Source: the human T2T-CHM13v2.0 reference genome, Homo sapiens
Direction: 5' to 3' (one strand)
Assembly (NCBI RefSeq): GCF_009914755.1
Contig: NC_060930.1
DNA length: 64,000 nucleotides
Below the pieces are notes generated by a model. The model did no database searches, was not told where the DNA came from, and was given only the letters and a program-made list of their open reading frames with translations. Positions 1 through 15,920 of this stretch are shown piece after piece. How positions within the stretch are numbered: position 1 is the first letter of the stretch; every line of letters starts with the position of its first letter. Both the position numbers and the translations under genes were made by a program.

Positions 1-1374
1 AACTTTTCAATTTTATACAAAAAAGTGTGTTGCAATTTTCTTAGTATTATATTGATTGAATCTTCAGGTTAATTTAGGTAGGGACCAATATATTCTTTTG
101 ATAACTTATTAATCATCTAATGGCAATGGGTATGAATTGGCTTCCTGAAATAAGATCATTAGGATCATTAAGTTGTTGTGACCAATTAGATGAGGATGCT
201 GAGAAAGAAAGGACATCCCAAACTGCAGTGCTTTTGGACTCTTATATAATGCTCATTATTAAACTAGAGAAGAGTTGAAGAGAAATTAGGAGTTTATGGA
301 GAGAACTATGCACTGCTCTAGGGCAAATACTCTGCTCCAAGCAGTTGTTTCCTTGCTCTTATTGTCTTTCAATACTCTGTCTTTTGGATATTTTATGTGA
401 TTGCTTCCTAAATATGTTTTCTAAAGCAGAGTATTTTCCTTCCAAAGTACTATATATTTTCAATATATCAAACAGGATGCAATTATAGATTGATTTATTT
501 TCTTTGAATTTCTTCACCTTGTTCATTATCAGATGAGGGCAAAAATATTTCTGAGATCAAAAACTCATGAGCCATTTTTTTCTTTAGGCATATAGAAGGG
601 CATGCCATTTTGACTAAGCACAAATAGAATATTTGTAGAAAGTTAAGAAATGAGCAGCAATATTCCCTTCCAGGCAGTCAGAAGCTTGGTGGCACACTTT
701 TTACATGGAAGCAAAATATTTCTGAAATTAAAAAAGTAATTTAAAAAGAGCACAAGGACCAGAATGTATGCCAAGCAAACACCCTTTAACTTTATTTACA
801 GTAAATGAGAGCAAGTTTTAAAAGCCTTTAGTGAATATTCTGTCTAGAAACCATTTATGTTTAAATTTCACTGATTAGATTTTTAAAAGTAGGTAGTATT
901 CTGTATTTAGCCCCTTTTAAACTGCTCAGCATCAAAATATCTGAAAACAGTTGCTCTTTTGCCTATTAATTCAAACATAAATGCTATTATTCAAGACGTA
1001 AAATAAGACATTTACCTATCTGTTATTAATACAGCCTGGTCCTTTTTACTAACACAGTAATCGCATGAGCATGCCTATTACTTTTTTTTCCAATACTAGA
1101 AAGGATTCTATTATGTATAATTTGTGTTTTACTCTTAGAGAACTTTTTCATTTATCCCTGTGAGGCTGTTTCAGCGATATGAAAACATGAGTATGTAGCA
1201 TAACTATCTTTATGTTTTTTCTTTTATTTTTTATACTGTCAAGAAAAAATGATGCATTTTCTTTATTCATTAAATCTCGAAGCTATAAATCTTCCAATTA
1301 TGTTTAGATATATCTTATTGATTATCTTTCCTTATTCAATTAGAACTGATTTTTAAAAAATGCCTTTGTATTTC

Positions 1375-4258
<2,884 letters not shown>

Positions 4259-5402
4259 TTACCTATTTCCACTGCTAGAAAGTGATGATAAACTCAACTA
4301 AGAACAATTGGAAAAAAATACGTTACATGGATGGGGAAAAAAGTTAATTATTTTGCATTTTGTCTTCTGATCATCTTCAAGATTTAGTTGACTGGTCTGC
4401 ATTACTGTCTCAAAGGGAGATAGCATGAATTTTGTGAAAGAAGTGTGTTTTCAGTGCAGATTCTCCCCTGGATACCCACTTGTAATTTCTTTTGGTGATA
4501 ATAGATCTTAGCTATGCACATCAAGGGAAAACTAGATTCTTCAGGGTATCATGCAGTGTAGCTCATCACAGTATCCTCAGTGCTTGTTGGCAGACCTGTC
4601 TATTTGTAGAAACGTGGTTGTTATCCTATAGTGGAGATTGTTGGAGTGTATTTACGCAGCTTTCCCAGTCTCATGTCCAGATATAAAGAGGATCCTTGTT
4701 AAGCTTCCAGACCCCATTTGTCAGGAAAGAAGGGAGAATTTGAATGAAATCTCTGCAGCTAGCGATATAAAGACGAATATCTTTAAGCTCTGTTTTTCAG
4801 AAATGAAATGGTATTCGCAGAGAAGGATGAAAAAAATGACAACTATTTGTGTCAGTAGGAAGAATTATAAGAAAAGAAAAAAATTCCTAGAGATTAGAGG
4901 AAATCTAGCAAGGTACAGGATTGAAAATGATGAAGAGGAGCAGATTTTTATGCCTGTAAAATCTCATTTGGCCATGATTATTTCTGTTTTGTTTTTGGAA
5001 CTTGGAAAGGACACAAATAATGTGTAATGTTGGTGTCATTTCCATAGAATACTGACAGAGACTTGTCAACATAAGAAATATCTGCATATTGAATTCACAT
5101 GTATATAGAAGTGAAGAACGGTTGGGAATTGTACTGATTATAAAAACACTAGATACAGTTAATGCATTCAGCAAAGGGAAAAACTGCAAATTCGTTGCAG
5201 AAATAAATTACCTTTATGTATTTAAAATGTTAGGGCTTACAGCCATTTTTCTAATGACAAAATGGTGTATAGTCCAGAGCTTCAAAGTAGGAATTATTCA
5301 ATTCTTACAATGAAATGTTACAAACATTTTTAAAAGGGTGACTTATAATGGGAAATATATTTGAGAAATGAAGTGCACAATATGGAAAAGTATACCAAGA
5401 CA

Positions 5403-5584
5403 GTAGTGGTTCCCAACAAGAGTAAAAAGAGACAGGACATTTAGAAAAACCATCTGGAGAGTTTTTTAATTCACCTTCCCCACACCCTCTCCAAATCCTG
5501 TTATACCTTCAGGAGTTGAACGGATAGATTAAAAATGCTCCACAGGCGATTCTGATAGACATCTCGTTAGTTAAGAACCCCTGC
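5403..5584. mobile_element. MER5-like hAT-Charlie MITE, diverged
   Basis: Ends resemble CAGTGGTTCCCAA ... TTAAGAACCCCTG; internal GCTCCACAGGCGATTCTGAT. Confidence 0.55.
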
Positions 5585-5624
5585 CACTGGAGACTGCAAC
5601 AAAAAACAGAAAGCTAGATAAGAA

Positions 5625-5770
5625 ATAGAAGGCTGAAGTTCACCTGTCAGTACTTCTCCTGTGTTGGTCTATTCCACGTAATCTTCTACTTACCTCAGTT
5701 TTACTGCATGTCAAATAAGGATAAGAATATACCACAGCAATATTATGAAGATTAATATTAAACACTTTGA
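5625..5770 (+). mobile_element. MIR fragment
   Basis: Core-like CCTCAGTTTTACTGCATGTCAAATAAGGATAAGAATA ... ATGAAGATTAA. Confidence 0.5.
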
Positions 5771-6090
5771 CCTTCCTGGAGAAAAGCACATGATATTAAA
5801 AGACAGGAATCCAGCAAAGCCAAAAATATATCCTTTCGAATTTGCTTAATAAGAAAATGAGTCAGTACGGTGTAAATTAATGCAAGTTCTCAGCTCCAAG
5901 GAGATGAGATTCAGCAAAAGCTGGGCCTACAAGAAGGATGATTTTAAGTAACATGGAGCTTAAAAGTCTTCAATAATTAACCTTGTTGCTGCCAATTCTG
6001 TCAGCCTTCCAACTACATTTCTTTAATATTTTCTCCCGTGTTGGTGTTCAATAACACGTAGTTAGTTTTAACCTTAAAACTTCTAAAATG

Positions 6091-6549
<459 letters not shown>

Positions 6550-7164
6550 TTAAGCTGTAAGCTTTCCTTGTAGGTTATAATAAGCCTAACTACAAAATTA
6601 CAATTAACAACAGGAGAAAAGTTAGCCAAAAATTTTTAAAGAAAATTTTGTTTAACACAAATTCATGTAATCAAAAACCATTTTTACATAGGGATACCTT
6701 GTGTAAAGTCTGTTTTAATACGCAAAATTATGTGTGTGTGCACATGTGATGTGATTTGTGCTCAGTTATAGATTTTTAATTTTGGTAATTCTCCATTTTA
6801 TGATGGAATCGAAGATTTGAAGGAGGAACACATTAACAGTCAATTTTCTATTAAAAATTAATTTATTATGTCATTTGAATGCATAGTAGACCAGACTGGA
6901 TGAGAATGGCTTTTGGGTAAAGTATTTTGTCTATGATTTTACATGGTAAACCTATATACTTTCATACATTTCACCAGGTTATAGGGTCCTACCTTCCAGA
7001 AGTCAATAATTCAGACACAAATAAGTAATAGATCTCCCTGCTGTAAGTGTATTTACATTTCTTCAAGCAGTGTGAGGGAAGTGGTGTCCCTCATTGGAAG
7101 CAGAAATAAGTATTAAATTTGTATTAATATTAGGACTTCCTTCTAGACGCTATTTCAGAGTCAA

Positions 7165-7397
7165 CTTGGCATAGCAAAAATGGTTCTTGTCTCAAATCCT
7201 AACTCTGTCACCAGTCAAAAGATGACTTGGGCACGTCTTCTAGCCTGTCTCAACACCAGTTTTCTTAAGAGTGAATGGAAATATGTGGGTATATATTTGG
7301 TGTCTGGGGTGGAGTATGAAAAGAGTTGGACTCTGCTAGTAAAGGTTAAATAAAAACCATCTTTAGTTCCCATATAGCTCTACGATTCCAGGATTCT
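7165..7397 (+). mobile_element. MIR/MIR3 relic
   Basis: TCAAATCCTAACTCTGTCAC...GATGACTTGGGCA...CAGTTTTCTT, with an MIR3-like tail AGCTCTACGATTCCAGGATTCT. Confidence 0.5.
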
Positions 7398-9280
7398 TAC
7401 TTAGGGAGAATCCTAGAATTATTATTTATATTCTCATTTCCTTATGTCCTGGGATTAAAATATGGACATTAGCATTTGCCATTGTAGTTTTTCACAGTTT
7501 ATTGATGATACATTAATATACTAAAGATAGGAATTGTTTTGTTTATTATACATCTAAACTAGTCTAAACTGTATTTAGGAATATTATCTCTCTGCAAATG
7601 GACCAAATCTGCCCTCAGTCTTTTACACAAAGATCCTTCCTAATGGCAATTCTCAGTAAATACAATGAAGAACAAAATTATTTCTAAAATCATAGCAGTT
7701 CATTTGCTTTCCAATGTTTTTATCATCACCTCCACATTTTTTTACTACAGGCTTTTGTATTTGAATAATTATATGCAGTTGCACTATTGAATAGAAAATT
7801 GTCACACACAAAAATACAAGGAAAATGGTAGCAGCAAGGCTAATCTATAGCTGCGGCCTTTCTTAATGAGCGTTGCTGGGAAACTTTTCAGAACCCTGCA
7901 GGGAAAGGCATGTTTTTGTAAGAAAAAGGTCTCAAGCTGTTAGAACTGATAGAATTTCAGAAATGCCATAAGTTCAGCTTGCAAGAGATTTGTAGGTTTT
8001 ATAAGCAGAATGAAAAAACTTCAAGATACTTCTTTAGAATCTAAGTTTATATAGAATGAAGAACTATCAGATGTAAGAAAGGGAAAATAGGTTTCACTCC
8101 AAAATACGGATACAGGGGCCACTGAATGTAATGGGAATTGTTATATAAATATACTAATTTCTGTATATTTAATTTCATCTATTTGAAAATTGTAGAGCCT
8201 CAGTAAAATTATTCAAGTGTTTGATATGACATTTTTTATACTTTTTTTCAAAAACATTATAAAATAAGAAAGTCCTAAATGAATAAATGTATGCATAAAT
8301 ATGAACCTGTGTCTCTTGGGATAGAATTATCTTCTAAACTATTTTGTGCAATAATATGTAACATTTGGGTATTCATGGTAAATATTTGGTTTATGTTATA
8401 TAGTACTTATTTCAGTAATCCAAATTGTAAATGAAGGCCAAAGCATTTTTACATTTCTGAGCAAAGGAAAGTTTTATGGTAGATACCGAAATATGACCAG
8501 AAAAACTAAAGGTTCGTTAAGAATTCCAATGGATATTGGTATTTATTTATTAATACTAGAATAAAAATAGGTTTATATAATATTTTGTAAAATAATTTAG
8601 GTCTAATTTATGATTAGAGGGTCTGTCTTTATTAACAGGTTACAAGCATAATCAACATTAGCATGCTTTGCCTTTAATGAATTCTGTATCTCTTGTGAAT
8701 ACATACATATGTTTTTGGAGAGAAAGGCATCTTAATGTATCATAAAGGACAGAAAATAGTCATCCCTATCTTGTCTTTGAATCAACACACCTTGAATGAG
8801 GTCCAAGCTATACTGGCTTTATATCAAATTCTGGTTTGTGCTATAGAAAGCAGTACTTAGAGTATCACTATGGTTCATAGCGATCACATCTTAAAGGAAA
8901 AAGCATAATTTTATTTGCCTGCTTATTTTTAATTCTTCACTTTGTTTCGTTTTTTTCTAAACATATTTCAATTTTTGACACCTTGGACTGAAAGTCACTC
9001 AGTAAAGAGATAGGCAAACTTGAAAGCATGTGAAACTCAAATACTTTTGAGAAGGAGGTTTTATTTTTTTCTTCATCCTTGTTCCCTTTGCTCTTATTAG
9101 TAACAATTCCTTCCTTACTAACATAAATGCTTTTCTCTCAGTGGGTGGTTAGGACCACAGTCATGACATGTTACTTCCAATTCTCCTATGTTTTCAAAAA
9201 CCTATCATTTATTGGCAATTTCTCAATATTTCTCTCCAACCCCATATGAAAATTCTAACAATTGTGTTTCAAGCATGATA

Positions 9281-9601
9281 CAATAATTCCCTCTTTTGTC
9301 TCTGGTTTTACTTTCTGCGGTTCCAGTTACCAGTGGTTAAAGTAAGATATTTTGAAAGAGAGAGAGAGAGAGGAGACCACATTCACAGGAATTTTATTAC
9401 AGTATATTGTAACAATTCTTCTTTTATTTTATTAGCTATTGTTAATCTCTTACTGTGCCTAACTTATAAATTAAACTTTACCATAGGTATGTATGTGTCA
9501 TAAAAAAAAAATATTATAGATAGGGTTTGGTAGTATCTAGGTTTTCAGGGATCTACTGAGGGTCTTAAAACATATTCCCGTCCCATAAAGGAGGAGTACT
9601 G
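9281..9601 (+). mobile_element. MER44A-like (Tigger7-derived) non-autonomous DNA transposon
   Basis: TA target duplication on both sides; degenerate TIRs CAATAATTCCCTC / GAGGAGTACTG; internal GAGACCACATTCACA ... TTAATCTCTTACTGTGCCTAA. Confidence 0.85.
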
Positions 9602-10464
9602 TAGTGTGTTTGAGACCTTACATATAGCGTTTTCTAAAAATAGATGTTGCATTTCCGCAAAAAGGAACCATTTTAAATTTGCTTCACTGGAAAGAGTTCA
9701 GGAATCTGACTCTTTATTGAAAAGTAAAGGTCAAAATTGAGGTTACCTGTAGGTATAATTTATCTTCATTAAAAAGTGGCTCTCAAGAGATATTAAAGGA
9801 AGCAATAAACACCACTTTGTTATGACTTCCTTCAGTTCACTGTCTGTAAGACAAAGACATGAAGGAACTCCGTCTTTGTATGTTAATTTTTGCAGAACTG
9901 ACACTGACATCAGTGAATGTTTTTTATGTTAGTATTGATGTCCACAGGGAATACAAATCCTTATTCTCATTCATATACTATATTTCAGATATATAATTGG
10001 TGATGATACAGAAAATTTCTCTCAAGTTTTTCTTCCAAAAATCATGATGGTAAGAAGAGATATTTTCGCATGATGGCACCTAAATGACTTTTGCATTTTG
10101 ACACAAGAAAGTTGATGACTCATGAGTGCAATCACTGTCTTTGTTAAGCATCATTCAGGTTTCCTAACAGCACAGTGTTGGACAGTATGCTCTGGAAGCC
10201 ACAATAATCTAACAGAAACACGTGTCATATTTGCCTCATGTGCAAGTCTTGCATATGTTAACTTAATGCTTAGAAACTGAGGCTAAATTTGAAAACTGCA
10301 GCCCTTGAATTTCCAAGTCTGTCTTAAATGTGGGAGGGTCAGTGTTTGCTTTTGGATTAATTTGGGGAGGCTTCATGGGGAAGTAAAATTTCAGGCAGAT
10401 CAAATGCTAAGGGAGACATGTACTATCTCACAGTAACTCATATAATGTTGTTGGAGGGAGTCTT

Positions 10465-10590
10465 AATGATTAACTTTATTCACACCTCTCATTTTACAAA
10501 TGAAGAAACTGAGACATAGAGGGTTGATCAAAGCAAATACAGTGATTAGCAGCAGAGCCGAGCAAAACTCAGCTTCCTCCAGTTATTTAA
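10465..10590 (-). mobile_element. MIR fragment
   Basis: CTCATTTTACAAATGAAGAAACTGAGACATAGAG is the MIR core in reverse orientation. Confidence 0.7.
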
Positions 10591-11770
10591 CCCTCAGGTA
10601 AACTTCATTTCAATATGTTCTATATACATTTAACATACTCCTTCTACTCAGTACATATCCTTACATCTCATAATAGGTAGTTTAATTCCAAAGTCCAAAT
10701 TCTAAAAGGATAAAAGGACAGAAATGACTCATCCATAGATGGATACATGTATTGCTGTCCTTATTCACTCCTTATCCTCATTTTTTACCAAATCAAAGAT
10801 AGACACTAGGAGAAAACTATATCCAATTAAAATTTCTTGAAAAAGACAATTTACAAGGTGAGAAGGAAACTCTCTAGGGAAATTTATTTCACTTGAAGCA
10901 TGAAAGTTAAATAAAACTAGGATATCTGTGATCTACAGACTAAGGAGATTTATAACTAGAAACCGCCATGGCTATTTCAAGCCCAGCAGGTCTTTGCTTT
11001 CACGTGCTAAAAAACTATCAGTGTGATCAGTTTTAACCTGACCTGCCAGTCTTGAAAATCTATTCTTTCTAATTCCTCCTCTGGTTTTATTACCCTGTCT
11101 TCTTAGCTATATCTTTTATACTTTTTTTTTCTATTCTTCTTTATGCTAAAACCTTCTTTCCCACTAGACAGGCATGTCTTTCTCATCTCCTTTTTTTTTT
11201 ATTTATTTAGATTTGTGCAATAACTTGAGTATTTGACTACCAAAGCTATTATAGTGCTGCACATACTATCTGATTATCCTCCTTGGACTCAGACTTGCAT
11301 TCTCGCTCTAGGTCTTCTCAGAAATATACCTATGAACGAGTCTCACCCAAACTCACTCCACACCCCCACCAACTTATCCTATAGAATACAGAACAACTTC
11401 AGAAATGAATTGTAATGAGAGTTCTTTTCAACATTACAAAAACATATTTACACAGTTACTGAGAAAAAAAAAGTGTATCTATTTGTCTGTAAACCAGCTA
11501 TTCTACAATACTCTCAGGGTTTTGTTCATTTTTGTATTTTATTGATGCATTAAATTTCTGGAAAGTCTGAGTCATTGTTCAAGAAATATAGTCCCATTGG
11601 TTTATTCCCAAGAAAGATCACTGTTCAAAATATTAGCCTTCTTTCTCTCTCTCTGTTTACCTCCCTTCACATGCCCTGAACCAAGACACACACATACGTG
11701 CAAATTCTCTTACTGAAATCTAGATAATAACCTTTAGATAGGAACAAATAAAGTGGAACATTGCCTTATA

Positions 11771-11950
11771 CAGTGGTTCTCAATCCTGGCTGCTCATCAG
11801 AATCGCCCATAGAGCTTTTTAAAGCTGGGAGTCCTGAAAATCAACCATGAAATTCACTGAATTAGAATTTTGGAGGGTGAGTTCAGGGAACCAGAGTAGT
11901 AAAAATTGTCACAAGTGATGCTCATATGCAGCTAGAATTGAGTCACAGAG
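11771..11950. mobile_element. MER5A/B hAT-Charlie MITE
   Basis: CAGTGGTTCTCAATCCTGGCTGCTCATCAGAATCGCC ... AAGTGATGCTCATATGCAGC. Confidence 0.75.
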
Positions 11951-13381
11951 CTTGTAATAGACCTTACAAGGTGAACAGGGATGATTTGACTCAGATGAAA
12001 TAGCTATTTTTAAATGTAAATGTCTTTACATAGCACCATCCCACCCCTAGCCCCCGTCCACAAGAAAACTCTTTATTAGTCTGACTAAAACTGATCCCAC
12101 ATTTAAACAACCTTGCAGGTCCTGTTCTTATCCCCCATGTTCCATATGGGGAAGCTGCCCAACTTTATATGATTTTCTTAAAGCACCCAAATCTCTCAAT
12201 TTGATTAGAATTTAACTTAATTGTGAAAGCCTCTAAATTGAATTTGATTTAGATGGAAAGTTACCAAATTACGTGTTCCAAAAATAAAGAAATAATTTTG
12301 GTCCAACTTTGTAAAAAATCCAAAATACTTCTTCTCTATTGTAATATCTTAAAGTCCTGAGGTCATTGGCTAATTTTAGAAATAGAATTGCTCCTGGCCA
12401 CTTTGTTTCTATCTTTCTATTTCCCCCAAATGCTGTCTCTACATGTGTCCTGAAGCATATTTTCAATTAGCTTAACCCAGATCTGTGATGGACTGAGGTA
12501 AGCAAAATGCCCTCCCTCAGTAATAACTTGCTCATCTGTAGAAGACAAATGACTCTTTCAAGGAAAATGTAGTTTGTTTACCTCAGTCTCTGCTTCATCC
12601 CATGCTCATTCTTTACATGCTTACTAACTGAAAAAAAATTACAGAAAAGATTCAAATCACTCGAATTCTTTCAGAAAGTGTATTAAGATAAAGGAGAACT
12701 TACAAGAGCTTTCTTACAGTGTTGTGGGATTTTATTTGTTTGTTTTTTGAAAGGGCAATGTTTTATGTCAATAAGTTTTATTATTTTGGTTTTATTCTGC
12801 TTGATAATTCTTTAAAAGGAGTAAAGAAGAAAAATATGGTTCACAGCCAGTAACATGAAATATTTACTTAATAATTAAAGGTAATAATTAGATATTTGTA
12901 TATGTATCGTCAAAGGATGATGTAGGGTGTTAATTATCTCTTATTGACAGTAATGGACAAAGAACAAAATCTGCATGTTTTAGCATGGTTTCTTTAGTTC
13001 AAAGGAACCTATGTTAGTATTTCAATGTTTATGTGCACTTTGCCAGAGTTAGGGAAAATAGCCTCAAGTCTCTTGAAGCTTCAGTTAGATATGGATAGAA
13101 AATACCCCTTGAGACCTAATACAAATTACTATTTCTAGAGAGTTAGCACAAAAAGCTAATCTCTGTCCACAAAAGATTTATTATGACAGATAATAAGAGC
13201 CATTTGTACTATTTATTTAGGGTATTAATCTGTTCACCAGTTTCAATGTTATAGTTTAGTAATATACCCTATAATCTTTTCCTATTAGACTATTTTAAAA
13301 GCCACTTCACATATCTGTATGTGTGCATACACAGATATATACACACATACATACACACAAATATATTGATTATATATAAAT

Positions 13382-13856
13382 TGTCTACCAAAACAACAAA
13401 CAGAGAGAGACTATGTAAAAGAAAATGATGTTTATTTGGAGATAGAGCATTGCAATGGGAATCTGCATGCCATAGTAAACTACATGCATATTCAGAAAGG
13501 TAAAGGAAGACAAAGATTTTTAAAAAGAAAAATGAGGATAATTATATAATTGTTTTGAAATGATTATCCTTGGCTACAAAGATCAATAACAAGGGTGATA
13601 CCAGTCTAAGGTTGTACAGATAATTGCTCCGCAGTGTCCTTGCAGAAGTATTTTTTGTATAAGGTCGTGATGCCCTTTGTGCAAGATTATGATTTTCAGA
13701 GTCTTCTGTAATAGTTTTTATTAGGCATACAAGCGTAAGAACCCTCTCTTAATAGCTTTCCCCAACTCTATTTGTCTATTTGTCAGGGCGAGGCTTTTTT
13801 TAAATTTTTTTGTTTTTAACATTTGCAACTCTACATTGATTCTGACAATTTTCACA
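13382..13856 (-). mobile_element. ERV1 LTR, MER65A-like (3' LTR of a truncated provirus)
   Basis: Minus strand begins TGTGAAAATTGTCAGAATCAA and ends ...GGTAGACA; AATAAA poly(A) signal near 13430; directly preceded by polypurine tract AAAAGGGGGAAA (13857-13868). Confidence 0.8.
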
Positions 13857-14815
13857 TTTCCCCCTTTTGATCAAGATCTTTCTCATAAAGCATCACTGGT
13901 CAATCTTGCTGTTGTTAGTTTCTGATGTTCCACAGTGCTAAGATGGACCTGTCCAAATTGTTGGTCTTGTCCCACATTATGGGGAGTGATTGACAGCTAG
14001 GAGTCAGTGTCAAAACCCTTTAAGCCACATTTGAATTACAAGACAGATTTGAAGGGAGTGGTTCTCAGGCTACCCGGAGTCCATTATTAATTTCAGTATT
14101 GTGTGTTCCATAGTCTTCTCCCATCATCAAAAGTACTGAGCTAGCATTAGTCTGTTAAAATCTGTGCTTCTGCAAAAATCTAACAAGTAAAAGATGCAGA
14201 GTTTAAAAAGGGAAAATACAAAGTAATATTAGCAGGCAATCCCAGTTTGTCTAACAGTTTTGAGCTATGAACCTAGGCTGAAAGACAACCAATTGAACAA
14301 ATCAAATGACCATAGGGAATTAGATGAAATCTGTTATAACCATGTGGCCTATTTTCTTATTCACCAATGGATATCAAAGTACCTCTTGGTCAGGTTGTTT
14401 CAAGTTACCAGCAGAAGCTACTAATTACAAAATTTTAATTACATTACCCTGCCAAGTGAAGAAGGCAGGTATTCAGAGGAGTAAGAGACTTATGATATTG
14501 AGTTTTTTCCCGACATCTTGGGAAAAGCTGTCTACAGAGCAAAAGCATCAGATTTCCCTCCCGGTTTCCAGTTTCCTGTTTCAATGGCTCTGATCATGAC
14601 ACCTAGCAATTCAGTGAACTTTTTGTGTGGCCCACATGTCAGGCACGATTTGTTCCTTAAAATTCTTCTAGTTTCTGCTTATAGGGCTTTAAGAGCAGAG
14701 GCATTCCCATATTTATTAATTTTGTGGAAAAAAGCTGGATTGAAGAAACCTAGAAAAATTCAGCATGTATTCTCGTCTATAGAAAGATAATACAATCTTG
14801 AAAACAATGCACAGG
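13857..14815 (-). mobile_element. ERV1 internal sequence (MER65-int/MER4-group), 3' portion only
   Basis: PPT abuts the LTR and MER4-group-like internal sequence continues to ~14815; no second LTR found. Far boundary is approximate. Confidence 0.65.
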
Positions 14816-15689
14816 GAATTGAATAGTACAGTGATAATATTTGGATAAATAATTACAGAAATTTGTCATATAATTTTTCCAATGTGTTTTTATAATGTGC
14901 AAGTATAATATTTTATGTTTTCGTAATTCACAATTATAATTTTGAAATCCAAGTTAATAATAGAATTATTTGAAAGCTAAGAAATGACTATGTGTTATTT
15001 TCTTGGGCATTATTGCTGAGCTAAGTCCCCTCAAAGAACCTGCTTCTTTTGGGATGAGTAGGAAGTCAGATCCAATGTATTACATTAAACAGTTTTGACA
15101 TTATATCCAGTTGAATTTATTGCTGTTCCTATTAGACTTCTCTCTAAGCAATCACCGCTTTGACAAGATGACCTCTCTAACATTTTAAGGCAGCCAGAGG
15201 GATGATTTGCTTTCAGGCTCCTAGGGCATTTAAGGCATCTACACAAAAGTATTGACATACTCTGGCCTGGGGGCCTGAGCCCTTTACTTCTCAGGCCATA
15301 AGACCCCTTGTTCTCAGCATGGAAGCAGTTCTTTGGGTAGAAACTTCACATTGATTTTCTGAGAAATCAATCAATTCATTTAACTTTGCTCTTCTGTCAT
15401 TCATGATTACTCTCTGTTCATTAGAGAAAAGCCTCTTTTCACCTTGACTTTATCACTACTTTCCCTGTGTTGCCCACTCCAAAATGGGCTGGCCGGGTCT
15501 AGGGGCAGGACTGGTTAATGGCTGGAGTGCTTTCTTTGGGCCTTGATGTTTTCCCCCATAAAATGAGGTGAGCAGATGATCAAGGAGGTTCTTTTTGGTT
15601 CAAATGTTTCACAAGTGCACTTTGGACTACTGCTACTGCTACTTCTACTCTTTATAATAATCATCATAAATATTATTCTTTTATTTATT

Positions 15690-15920
15690 ATTTATTGAGC
15701 ATTTACTTTGTGCAAGACACTATACTAAGCATTTTATATAAATCATCACATTTACACCTCAAAACAATGTAATACAGTTGGTTCTTTCATCCTCCCCTTT
15801 AGAAACGCAGAAGCTGAAACCTACAAATGTTAAATATCTTGCCCAAGGTCATATAACTAGTACAAGTCAGAATCAAGTATTGAACTTAGGTTTGTCCAAT
15901 TCCAGAAACAACATTCTTAG
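15690..15920 (-). mobile_element. MIR, near full length
   Basis: TTATTGAGCATTTACTTTGTGCAAGACACT ... CTTGCCCAAGGTCATATAACTAGT ... TTGAACTTAGG. Confidence 0.85.

Noticed and set aside
4638-5027. 129-aa ORF as a gene
   Set aside because: TTG start, no recognisable domain, no convincing splice sites.
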